NCBI GenBank assembly: GCA_947074145.1
Contig: CAMTOJ010000004.1
Span: 20,177-84,176 of the forward strand
DNA from: an uncultured Bacteroidales bacterium
Lineage (GTDB): Bacteria; Bacteroidota; Bacteroidia; Bacteroidales; JAUNSR01
Reading direction: 5' to 3'
Length of the DNA stretch: 64,000 bases
Shown piece after piece: positions 49,548-58,057 of the stretch. The notes under the pieces were generated by a model. That model was not told the DNA's origin. It did not search any database and saw only the letters and a list, made by a program, of their open reading frames with translations. A program made the position numbers and the translations under genes. The number at the start of each line of letters is the position of its first letter. Position 1 is the stretch's first letter.

Positions 49548-50111
49548 TTATATTTTCCCAACCAAATCAATGCTTGGTTTAAGAGTATCAGCTCCTTTTT
49601 TCCATTTTGCAGGACAAACTTCTCCATGATGAGATGCCACAAATTGAAGTGCTTGTAATTTGCGAAGTAATTCTTCTGCATTACGACCAACATTTCCGGC
49701 AACGACTTCGTATGCTACAATCTTACCATCCGGATCTACAATAAATGTACCTCTTTCTGTTACACCTAAATTTTCAATCATTACATCAAAACCGCGAGCA
49801 AGTGTTGCTGTAGGGTCTCCAAGCATAGGATATTGAATTTTTTTGATTGTTTCCGATGTATCGTGCCATGCTTTATGTACAAAATGTGTATCACAAGAAA
49901 CTGCATATATTTCGCAACCGGCTTCTTTAAAATCTTTATATTTATCTGCAAGATCTTCTAACTCAGTCGGACATACAAAAGTAAAGTCAGCAGGATAAAA
50001 GAAGAATATACCCCATTTTCCAAGAACATCTTCTTTTGAGATTTTTTTAAATGAATTATCTACAAACGCTTCAACACTGAATGGTACGATTTCTTTTCCG
50101 ATTAGTGACAT
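49548..50111 (-). CDS. ahpC: alkyl hydroperoxide reductase subunit C (2-Cys peroxiredoxin)
   Basis: 187 aa. Peroxidatic FTFVCPTE, resolving GEVCPA. Confidence 0.95.
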   Translation of the reverse strand: MSLIGKEIVPFSVEAFVDNSFKKISKEDVLGKWGIFFFYPADFTFVCPTELEDLADKYKDFKEAGCEIYAVSCDTHFVHKAWHDTSETIKKIQYPMLGDPTATLARGFDVMIENLGVTERGTFIVDPDGKIVAYEVVAGNVGRNAEELLRKLQALQFVASHHGEVCPAKWKKGADTLKPSIDLVGKI

Positions 50112-50170
50112 AATTTTAAATTTTAATTGTTAATTATCTATTTTTATCTATTGTTTTTTGTTTTACATTA

Positions 50171-50178
50171 CAAAGGTA
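50171..50178 (-). promoter_or_regulatory. -7 box TACCTTTG upstream of ahpC
   Basis: The reverse complement of caaaggta, about 60 nt upstream of the start, inside the ahpC-oxyR divergent region. Confidence 0.4.
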
Positions 50179-50242
50179 GAACACCAAACAATATTAATCA
50201 AACTGATAAAATCTATAAGATTATTTACATCATCTATATCCT

Positions 50243-51166
50243 ATGACTATTCAACAGATGGAATATATCGTTGCCGTAAATAAATATCGGCACTTCGTAA
50301 CCGCATCAGAAAAATGCGGAGTGACACAACCTACTCTAAGTACTATGATTCAAAGATTAGAGGAGGAACTGGAGGTTAAAATATTTGACAGAAATAAGCA
50401 CCCTGTCGAACCAACAGAAATAGGTCTACGTATAATAAAACAAGCAGAGCAATCTTTAGTTGAAATTAAGCGCATTAAAGAGATTGTAATCAATGAAACA
50501 CACTCCTTAGAAGGAGATCTAAATATTGGAATAATACCAACACTATCATCCTATATAGTTCCTGACTTTATATTCAATTTCATTAAAGAATATGAAAATA
50601 TCAATCTTACTATCTCGGAGATGAGGACCAAAACACTTATAGATGAGATAAACAAAGGGAATATTGATGTAATGATAGCTGCTACTCCGCTAAATGAAGA
50701 TGATTTACTTGAGATACCAATTTATTATGAGCATTTTGTAGCATATTTTTCAAAGAACAACAATAAAAAAGATATTCCACTTTCAGCCGATAATATGCCC
50801 CAAGAAGATATATGGGTTCTTCAGGAGGGACATTGTATGAGAAATCAGACCTTCAATTTTTGTCAGAATTTCACTAATTATATCAAAACATATGAAGCCG
50901 GAAGTATAGATACATTAATAAGGATAGTTGATAAAAACGGAGGATATTCTGTAATTCCTGAATTGCATACTAAATTTCTTAATTCTGAGCAACTACAAAA
51001 CATCCGTAAAATTGACAATCCTCCTGCCCTTAGAGAGGTATCCCTTGTAATAAGGAAAGATTTTCTTAAAGAAAAAATGATTAATGCCGTGGCTGAAACT
51101 ATTAAAAAAATTGTCCCGGCAGATATGCTCGATGAAAGATTAAAGAGATTCTCCATTCGTCTTTAA
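50243..51166 (+). CDS. oxyR: LysR-family redox regulator OxyR
   Basis: 307 aa. HTH TQPTLSTMIQRLEEEL. QEGHCMRNQ matches the OxyR sensing-Cys context, with a second Cys 9 residues later. Divergent from ahpCF. Confidence 0.8.
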   Translation: MTIQQMEYIVAVNKYRHFVTASEKCGVTQPTLSTMIQRLEEELEVKIFDRNKHPVEPTEIGLRIIKQAEQSLVEIKRIKEIVINETHSLEGDLNIGIIPTLSSYIVPDFIFNFIKEYENINLTISEMRTKTLIDEINKGNIDVMIAATPLNEDDLLEIPIYYEHFVAYFSKNNNKKDIPLSADNMPQEDIWVLQEGHCMRNQTFNFCQNFTNYIKTYEAGSIDTLIRIVDKNGGYSVIPELHTKFLNSEQLQNIRKIDNPPALREVSLVIRKDFLKEKMINAVAETIKKIVPADMLDERLKRFSIRL

Positions 51167-51172
51167 ACAAGA

Positions 51173-51209
51173 AAATCTCTATCCCCGATTAACGATGATA
51201 GAGGTTTTT
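51173..51209 (+). terminator. terminator after oxyR
   Basis: AAATCTCTATC / GATAGAGGTTT stem followed by TTTTT. Confidence 0.55.
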
Positions 51210-51352
51210 ATTACAAATTACATGATTAAGGAAAAAATATATTATGCTTAAAGGAATATATAAATCACTTTCAAATTATGGTGTTAGATATCCAATATAA
51301 GTGGTTGCATTTGATTAAATCATAAATTTAAATTTAAATTAAAATAGTAATT

Positions 51353-52567
51353 CTAAATCTTCTCCTTCAATCTCAATAAGGCTTCAATAAAATAATAATC
51401 AGCGTATATTATAGAAGCATCTATTTCCGAACCTGCAGGCATATGCCCTGTGCTATGATTTAGAAAAGCAGGTTTATCATCGCCACAACTATATTTATCA
51501 GAACTCAAAGCATATAACATCTCTTTTGCTGTATTGAGATAAATTGAAGATTGTTTATTAGGCACATAATCACTTAATTCTATTAATGCGGAAGCTACAA
51601 TTGCTGCCGCCGAAGCATCTCTGGGAGAATTGGGAATATTAGGATCATTAAAATCCCAATAAGGAATTTTATCATCCGGTAATTTTGATATAAATACATC
51701 TGTTACCTTTTGAACGAAATCAAGATATTTAGGATCTTTAGTTTCTCTATAAACCACGGTATAACCATAAATTGCCCAAGCTTGTCCCCTTGCCCACATC
51801 GAACTATCATCATAACCCTGGTGTGTCACTCCTTTTATTAAATCACCTGTGATTGTATCATAAACAGCTACATGATAACTGGTATAATCACCCCTAAAAT
51901 GACACTCCATTGTCTTATCCGCATGAGTAATAGCAATATCGTAAAGAGCTTTATTCTCTCCATTCTTAGCCGCCCAAAACAACATTTCAAGATTTATCAT
52001 ATTATCCATTATTGTATTGTGTGGCCAATTACGAGGTTCACATTCACGAGGCCAAGATAACAGAGTACCAACGTTTGGATTATATAATGTGGCTAACGTA
52101 TCTGCTGTCCTTAGAATTACATCTTTATATTCAGGATTATTTGTCAAACGATAGCCATTACCATAAGAACAAAAAACAAGAAATCCTAAATCGTGATCAT
52201 ATGCAGGAATATTACTAAGAAATTCTAAAGATTTAGTAAACTGTTTTGCGTGTTCAAGAATATTTTCATCTTTCGAATATTCATAACCATACCAAAGAAT
52301 ACCGGGCCAGAAACCTGCGCACCACTCCTCTTTTGAAGCCTTTCTGCAATGCCAGGTAGATAAAGAATCCATTATATTACGAGGCATCATTGTATAATCA
52401 ATCACACCTGTTTCTGAAGACTGAAGTTCAACAAGAGTTCTTTTTGTTTGAGAAATACAATAATCAAGAGAATTCTCTGTAAGAGTCTGAATATTGTCAT
52501 CATTTGTACAAGAACCAAAGAAGAAGAAAGAGATAAAAATACTTAAGCTGAATCTTTTTATATCCAT
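51353..52567 (-). CDS. glycoside hydrolase family 88 (unsaturated glucuronyl hydrolase-like)
   Basis: 404 aa with signal peptide. GFWPGILWY, YDHDLGF, IMDNMINLEMLF, WARGQAWAIYGY motifs. Confidence 0.75.
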   Translation of the reverse strand: MDIKRFSLSIFISFFFFGSCTNDDNIQTLTENSLDYCISQTKRTLVELQSSETGVIDYTMMPRNIMDSLSTWHCRKASKEEWCAGFWPGILWYGYEYSKDENILEHAKQFTKSLEFLSNIPAYDHDLGFLVFCSYGNGYRLTNNPEYKDVILRTADTLATLYNPNVGTLLSWPRECEPRNWPHNTIMDNMINLEMLFWAAKNGENKALYDIAITHADKTMECHFRGDYTSYHVAVYDTITGDLIKGVTHQGYDDSSMWARGQAWAIYGYTVVYRETKDPKYLDFVQKVTDVFISKLPDDKIPYWDFNDPNIPNSPRDASAAAIVASALIELSDYVPNKQSSIYLNTAKEMLYALSSDKYSCGDDKPAFLNHSTGHMPAGSEIDASIIYADYYFIEALLRLKEKI

Positions 52568-52675
52568 AAAAATTAAATTATACTATATGTTATTCTTATC
52601 TATTAATACGGTTGATACAGGATTTACACCCAATAAAAAACCTCTTTTTTTCTATTTCCTTAGTTTATAACTCTA

Positions 52676-54352
52676 TCATGGAGAAATTCTGAACCAATCA
52701 CAATCAAGCCAACCATTATCACCTTTGATATTGGGATTAGTAATAAACAATCCAATTTTAGCACCTATCCATTTACCTTGTCGAGCCTTAAATTCTGTAG
52801 ATAACTTCTTATAATTTTTACCATCCAAACTATAATGGTATTCACAAATAGCACCTTTTTTAATTCTTGCTTTTAACCATATATCTAAATTTAAGGAGGG
52901 ATATAACCCACCCTCCATATATCTACCCTTTATATCTTTTAAGATGACTTCTGTTTTCTCCAAAGATTTTTGTTCTGCTTCTTTACATTCAGAAAAAATC
53001 AAATTAAAAAAATCACCTCTCCTTTCAAGAGCAAGATAGCTATAATCCCAACCCATAATAAGTAGTCCTGCCTTTTCACCTTCAGATTTTGATGCAAATC
53101 GGATTTTTGTAGTAGCCGAAAATTCCTCAGCCATAAACTTCTGAAGAAACAATGATGGTACATCCCATAAATTAATTATTGAGTCACGAAAAGAATATAA
53201 TCGCATAAATCCCATATTAGAGGGAAATCCAAAAGTAGGATTATAATTTGCATGCCAATTCCACTGTTTTCCAATTTCTGCATTATTAAATTCATCTGAA
53301 CAAAGAGGTGATGTTATTGGAATATTCAGACCTGCTTTTGGTTTCTTATATTTTTCTACAGGTTCCCCACACCCATCTCCTCTCTTATCATTACCAATTA
53401 CAGGCCAATCATTAACCCATTTAAGAGGATTTAAATGAATAATTCTCCCGTAAGCACCTTTATCTTGGAAATGTATAAACCAATGCTCTCCAAAAGCGGT
53501 CTTAATCCAAGCTCCCTGATGTGGTCCGTTAATCATTGTTTCACCCTGTGCCATCACAACTTTAGATTCATACGGACCATAAATATTCTTTGATCTCATG
53601 GCAAGTTGCCAACCATTTGTAACACCTCCTGCCGGAGCAAATATATAATAGTATTCACCTTTTTTATACAATTTAGGACCCTCTACAGTATGATTAGCCC
53701 CTTCATTTCCATCAAACACCATTATAGGATTACCAATAAGAGATTTTCCATCTATACTCATTTGGTTTACAACAATAATACTATTTATCCCACTTCTGCT
53801 TGCAGCCCATGCAAAAGCAAGATATGCTTTTCCATCTTCATCCCATAAAGGGGATGGATCTATCATTCCTTTTCCTGATTTTACAAGATATGGTTCAGAC
53901 CATTCACCAAGAGGATCTTTGGTATTTATCATATATATACCAAAATCGGGATCTCCCCAGAATATATAATAAATACCATCATTATATTTAATACAAGGCG
54001 CCCAAACACCTTTTCCATGTTGAGGTTTTTTATAAAAATCTACAGGAACTTGTTCTTTTAAAGCATAATTTACGAGATTCCAGTTAACCAAATCTTTACT
54101 ATGAAGAATCGGTATTCCCGGGATACAGTTAAAACTGCTTGCAGTCATATAATAGTCATCACCAACACATACAACATCCGGATCGCTATAATCGGCATGA
54201 AGAATGGGATTCTTATAATACCCATTCCCTAAATCGGACTGATACACTTTGTTTGCATTTACAAAATTTGTTATGGATGTGATTGATATTATTAAAAAGA
54301 GGATACAACTTCTTAGAATCATGAATGGTGATTTTATTAAAATATGTGTCAA
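52676..54352 (-). CDS. glycoside hydrolase family 43 (beta-xylosidase/alpha-L-arabinofuranosidase type) with C-terminal beta-sandwich domain
   Basis: 558 aa. HADYSDPDVVCVGDDYYMTASSF, GVWAPCI, EGPKLYKKGEYYYIFAPAGG. Confidence 0.85.
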   Translation of the reverse strand: MTHILIKSPFMILRSCILFLIISITSITNFVNANKVYQSDLGNGYYKNPILHADYSDPDVVCVGDDYYMTASSFNCIPGIPILHSKDLVNWNLVNYALKEQVPVDFYKKPQHGKGVWAPCIKYNDGIYYIFWGDPDFGIYMINTKDPLGEWSEPYLVKSGKGMIDPSPLWDEDGKAYLAFAWAASRSGINSIIVVNQMSIDGKSLIGNPIMVFDGNEGANHTVEGPKLYKKGEYYYIFAPAGGVTNGWQLAMRSKNIYGPYESKVVMAQGETMINGPHQGAWIKTAFGEHWFIHFQDKGAYGRIIHLNPLKWVNDWPVIGNDKRGDGCGEPVEKYKKPKAGLNIPITSPLCSDEFNNAEIGKQWNWHANYNPTFGFPSNMGFMRLYSFRDSIINLWDVPSLFLQKFMAEEFSATTKIRFASKSEGEKAGLLIMGWDYSYLALERRGDFFNLIFSECKEAEQKSLEKTEVILKDIKGRYMEGGLYPSLNLDIWLKARIKKGAICEYHYSLDGKNYKKLSTEFKARQGKWIGAKIGLFITNPNIKGDNGWLDCDWFRISP

Positions 54353-54423
54353 TTAATAGACCTAATACTCTTTTCTATAGAGAATTTGATCAGAAATGTT
54401 TTAGTTTATTGAAAGGATTTATT

Positions 54424-54933
54424 CTATAAGGTTTTTAGCAGGTATTCTCTCATCTCCTTGCGTCCTAATCTAAGATGATTCTCAACAGTTCTTTTGCTTA
54501 TCGACATCTCTTGTGCAATTTCATTTACAGAATACTCCTTATAACGGTTTAATGAATATATCATCTTTCTTTGAGACGGAAAGAGGGAAAGTCGTTTACT
54601 TTCATAATTTTCAATATCTCTTACAATTATCTTTTGCTCTATTTCATAAGAAGTATTACGTTCTTGTTTTAGAAGGTATTCTTCGGCATCTTGTCTTCTA
54701 TAAAAATGACGATAATAATCAATCACCATATTTCTGGCTATAGTAAATATAAAAGATTTTACAGTTTCAGGTCTTAATAGCTTATCATAATCGAGCAATT
54801 TTATAAAAAGATCCTGAGTAAGATCTTCCGCTTCCATTCTATCTTTTACTCTTAAATAAAAGAAATTTTCAACTGTCTTTTTGTTTTCAGTAAAAACTAC
54901 CTCGATGTTAGAATATGTATTTTTAATTGTCAT
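54424..54933 (-). CDS. ECF-type RNA polymerase sigma-70 factor
   Basis: Region 2 (AEDLTQDLFIKLL...IARNMVIDYYR) and region 4 HTH (VNEIAQEMSISKRTVENHL). I place the start at ATG 54933, not ORF-track 55050, because a TATTTTTG -7 box lies at 54964-54971 inside the longer ORF. Confidence 0.8.
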   Translation of the reverse strand: MTIKNTYSNIEVVFTENKKTVENFFYLRVKDRMEAEDLTQDLFIKLLDYDKLLRPETVKSFIFTIARNMVIDYYRHFYRRQDAEEYLLKQERNTSYEIEQKIIVRDIENYESKRLSLFPSQRKMIYSLNRYKEYSVNEIAQEMSISKRTVENHLRLGRKEMREYLLKTL

Positions 54934-54963
54934 GATAATGTGTTTTAGAGATACGATTTGTAA

Positions 54964-54971
54964 CAAAAATA
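54964..54971 (-). promoter_or_regulatory. -7 box TATTTTTG upstream of the ECF sigma gene
   Basis: The reverse complement of caaaaata, 31 nt upstream of ATG 54933. Confidence 0.4.
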
Positions 54972-55173
54972 TTATCTCAAATTGTAATATACCAATATCA
55001 AAACACGTATTACATCTCATATCATTATCCAAAACAACTTTAATTGCCACTACTGAATATCAACACTTTAAAACTCGCAAAAATCAGTATCAAATAATTA
55101 TATTACACTTCTGAGAAGACTTACACCATAAAATCAGTCATTCACTTCAGGAATTTCGGTTATAATTAAAGTT

Positions 55174-57963
55174 TCATTTTTCTTTTTTTATCTCGCTATG
55201 CTGCATATATTCTTTAGGTGTCATACCTGTTGATTTTTTAAATGACCTAAAGAAAGAAGCTCGAGAATTAAACCCACATTGTTCGGCTAAAGCAGTCAGA
55301 GTATATTTATCATATTCTTGTTCTTGAATAAGCTTTTTAAAGTGATTGACTCTATACTCATTTATAAAGTCGGAATAGGAAACATTAAGATATTGATTAA
55401 AAAGATAAGACAAAGAGTGTGAGCTTGTATCAAGAGCATTGGCTAAATCTGTAATTTTTAAATCAGGATCTTTATAGATATCATTCTCTGCAATATAATC
55501 AGACAACGACCTTGCAAGACTTTCACAATATTCATTTGAATGTTTCGTGTTTTTATATTTCTCCTGATCCGATTTTTCTGTTTCAGCCACTAAACTCTCT
55601 TCATTATTAAATTTCTTCTTTGATCTTGTAAAATAAATTTTGAATAAAATGACAACAATTAGACCCACAATTATCAATACAACTACCAAACTGTACCAAA
55701 AAAATGAAGATAAAGCAATGTGTATCTCTTTAATGGCTAAAGATTCATCAATGCCCGATATCTTAACCATGAATTTATATTTTCCGGGTGATAGATCATG
55801 ATAATTAATAGTATTGCTACCCATTTTATTATTCCATTGCTTATCATAACCTTCAAGTTTATATTCAAACAATAAGCTATTTAAAGAGGAATAAGTAAGA
55901 GGAGTAAATGATACAGATATATTATTTCTATTCCCGATATTTACTATTTTTTTTATTTCCTTACTCTCTGAAAACGGCTCATAAATATTAAAATCACCAT
56001 TTATTCCAACCGAAGTAATTTGTAGATTATAAGGATAACGCTTAGTAAAATCTATTTGCTGAGGATCGAAAGATAATAAGCCCTTAGAATTTCCAAACCA
56101 TAATTTACCATCCTTATCACTATAAGCTGATCTGTTTGTAAATAATTGACTGGGTAAACCGTCTTGAAATCCAAAAGTATAAAGTTGTTCGTCTATAGGA
56201 TTATAACACAACAAGCCTCCATCCGCTGCAATCCAGAAATTCCCACTCTTATCCTGAATCATCGACATAAAAGAGTTGCCATAATCAATATTCTCAAAAG
56301 TGAGATACGAATAATCAGTCATATTAATATCAGAAATGAATATATCTCCTTTTTCAGGAAGGAAATATAATTTAGAGGAGTTGTCCTGATATATAAATCT
56401 TACTTTCTCTTTATTAATAAACCCTTCAGGAAATATATTCGAATGTATTGATTTTGTTTCTTTATCATATAAACTAATCCCTGATTCTGTACAGATCCAT
56501 CCTTTACCTGAAGTATCAAAAAAGATCTCATAAGCGTTACCATCTAACAATTGTGAATTCTTGCTGTTAAAGTAATTATCAGATTCAGAAAGTCCATCTA
56601 TTACAAAAACACCTTCTGAAGACCCTAACCATAAATTATCTTCATTATCAATTGTAAAACAAAAAACATGTTCCTTGTCAAGAGGTGAACTTTTCATCTT
56701 CAATCTTTTCAGTTCTCGCTTTTGAGGTTCTAAAGTCCATGCCCCGCCCCCATATGTACCAATATAAAACTTTCCTTTATACCAGATACTTGATAAAATC
56801 AAGTTTGATGTCAACTCTCCATTTGTAAATGAAGAGATAAATTCTTTTGATTCGTCAATAAGATATAAACCTTCTCGTGTTCCTATTACTTTATAATTTT
56901 CATATTGTGAGAATGTTCTGACAGCATATCCCTCTGAATTAAAAAGTGACCCGTTGGAATATATATCAAATATTCTTTTCTGATACAAAGAATAATCTAT
57001 TCCACCTTGATAATAAGCTATCCACATCAACCCATCTCTATCTGTAAAATATGAATAAACTGAATTTGATCTTATTGAACTTGAACTTTTATTAGATATA
57101 TCATGATTAAATGCACGTATCATTTTCCCATGAGAATGAGAGTAATCATAAATTCCATTACCATCAGTAGCTATATTCAATAAACTATCATTCGAATATA
57201 GAGATGTTATAATTGAATTATCAAGTATTTTTATTTTTGATAATATAGATTTATCGATCTCATATTTATAAATACCCGATCCCGAAGTACCGATATAGAG
57301 AGTATTCTCAATAATAGATATTGAGGTAAATGATTTGATAGATTTATCTGATGAAATATGATCCTTTATTTCTTTTTTTTCAACATTATATGAAAATAAA
57401 CCATTTTCACTAACAGCCCATATATTATCATTATTAGCACATATTCCTTTTATTCTGTTAGATCTTGAAAGTATATTATTTTCAAGTAAAATTTGAACCA
57501 GATTCTTTCCATCATATTCAAATAATCCTTTATTTGTCGCTATATACAACTTTCCATTATTATGATATAAAAGGTCATAGACCGGAAAATCAATTACAGA
57601 TTCAGCATATTGTTTTAATTTGTTTTCATTTTTATCTAAATAAAATAATCCGACAGAACACCCGAGCCATATTTGATTTGTAGAGTCTGATGTTATTGAA
57701 TAGATAGGATTATTCTTCCTTTGTGAATCTGTTTTATAACTAATAATATTTATTCCATCATATCTATCTAATGAACAATCTGTACCGAACCATAGAAACC
57801 CGGAATAATCTTTATACATTGATCTTACTGTCAAATCAGACAAGCCGTCATTCATTGAGATCTCTCTTAAAACCGGAGTATTTTCACGTGAATAAAGATC
57901 TTTAGATATACTAAAGAATAGGAAAATGAGAATTATAAGAATGGTATCTTTTTTTTTAAGCAT
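55174..57963 (-). CDS. membrane one-component sensor: periplasmic two-component-regulator-propeller repeats plus Y_Y_Y domain, one TM, cytoplasmic AraC-type HTH (no kinase or receiver)
   Basis: About 929 aa from ATG 57963 (GTG 57975 is possible). Y_Y_Y motif FEYKLEGYDKQWN...YHDLSPGKYKFMVKI, TM FFWYSLVVVLIIVGLIVVILF, C-terminal AraC HTH (...GFNSRASFFRSFKKSTGMTPKEY). Confidence 0.8.
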   Translation of the reverse strand: MLKKKDTILIILIFLFFSISKDLYSRENTPVLREISMNDGLSDLTVRSMYKDYSGFLWFGTDCSLDRYDGINIISYKTDSQRKNNPIYSITSDSTNQIWLGCSVGLFYLDKNENKLKQYAESVIDFPVYDLLYHNNGKLYIATNKGLFEYDGKNLVQILLENNILSRSNRIKGICANNDNIWAVSENGLFSYNVEKKEIKDHISSDKSIKSFTSISIIENTLYIGTSGSGIYKYEIDKSILSKIKILDNSIITSLYSNDSLLNIATDGNGIYDYSHSHGKMIRAFNHDISNKSSSSIRSNSVYSYFTDRDGLMWIAYYQGGIDYSLYQKRIFDIYSNGSLFNSEGYAVRTFSQYENYKVIGTREGLYLIDESKEFISSFTNGELTSNLILSSIWYKGKFYIGTYGGGAWTLEPQKRELKRLKMKSSPLDKEHVFCFTIDNEDNLWLGSSEGVFVIDGLSESDNYFNSKNSQLLDGNAYEIFFDTSGKGWICTESGISLYDKETKSIHSNIFPEGFINKEKVRFIYQDNSSKLYFLPEKGDIFISDINMTDYSYLTFENIDYGNSFMSMIQDKSGNFWIAADGGLLCYNPIDEQLYTFGFQDGLPSQLFTNRSAYSDKDGKLWFGNSKGLLSFDPQQIDFTKRYPYNLQITSVGINGDFNIYEPFSESKEIKKIVNIGNRNNISVSFTPLTYSSLNSLLFEYKLEGYDKQWNNKMGSNTINYHDLSPGKYKFMVKISGIDESLAIKEIHIALSSFFWYSLVVVLIIVGLIVVILFKIYFTRSKKKFNNEESLVAETEKSDQEKYKNTKHSNEYCESLARSLSDYIAENDIYKDPDLKITDLANALDTSSHSLSYLFNQYLNVSYSDFINEYRVNHFKKLIQEQEYDKYTLTALAEQCGFNSRASFFRSFKKSTGMTPKEYMQHSEIKKEK

Positions 57964-58005
57964 AATGAAAATCACCTTGGATATTTTTCAATTAAGGTTA
58001 TATAC

Positions 58006-58013
58006 CAAAGTTA
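58006..58013 (-). promoter_or_regulatory. -7 box TAACTTTG upstream of the propeller/AraC sensor gene
   Basis: The reverse complement of caaagtta, about 30-45 nt upstream of the start. Confidence 0.4.
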
Positions 58014-58057
58014 GCAATTTATGGCTAGAATACACTCTATAATAATCTTTAATGATA

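Noticed and set aside
49460-49702. 80-aa minus-strand ORF spanning the ahpC 3' end and the ahpC-ahpF spacer.
   Set aside because: It overlaps ahpC out of frame and has no motif. The 243-bp ahpC-ahpF spacer is otherwise unremarkable.
54934-55050. 39-codon N-terminal extension of the ECF sigma ORF.
   Set aside because: The extension has no sigma-like sequence and contains the candidate -7 promoter box (54964-71). The ATG at 54933 gives a normal 169-aa ECF sigma.
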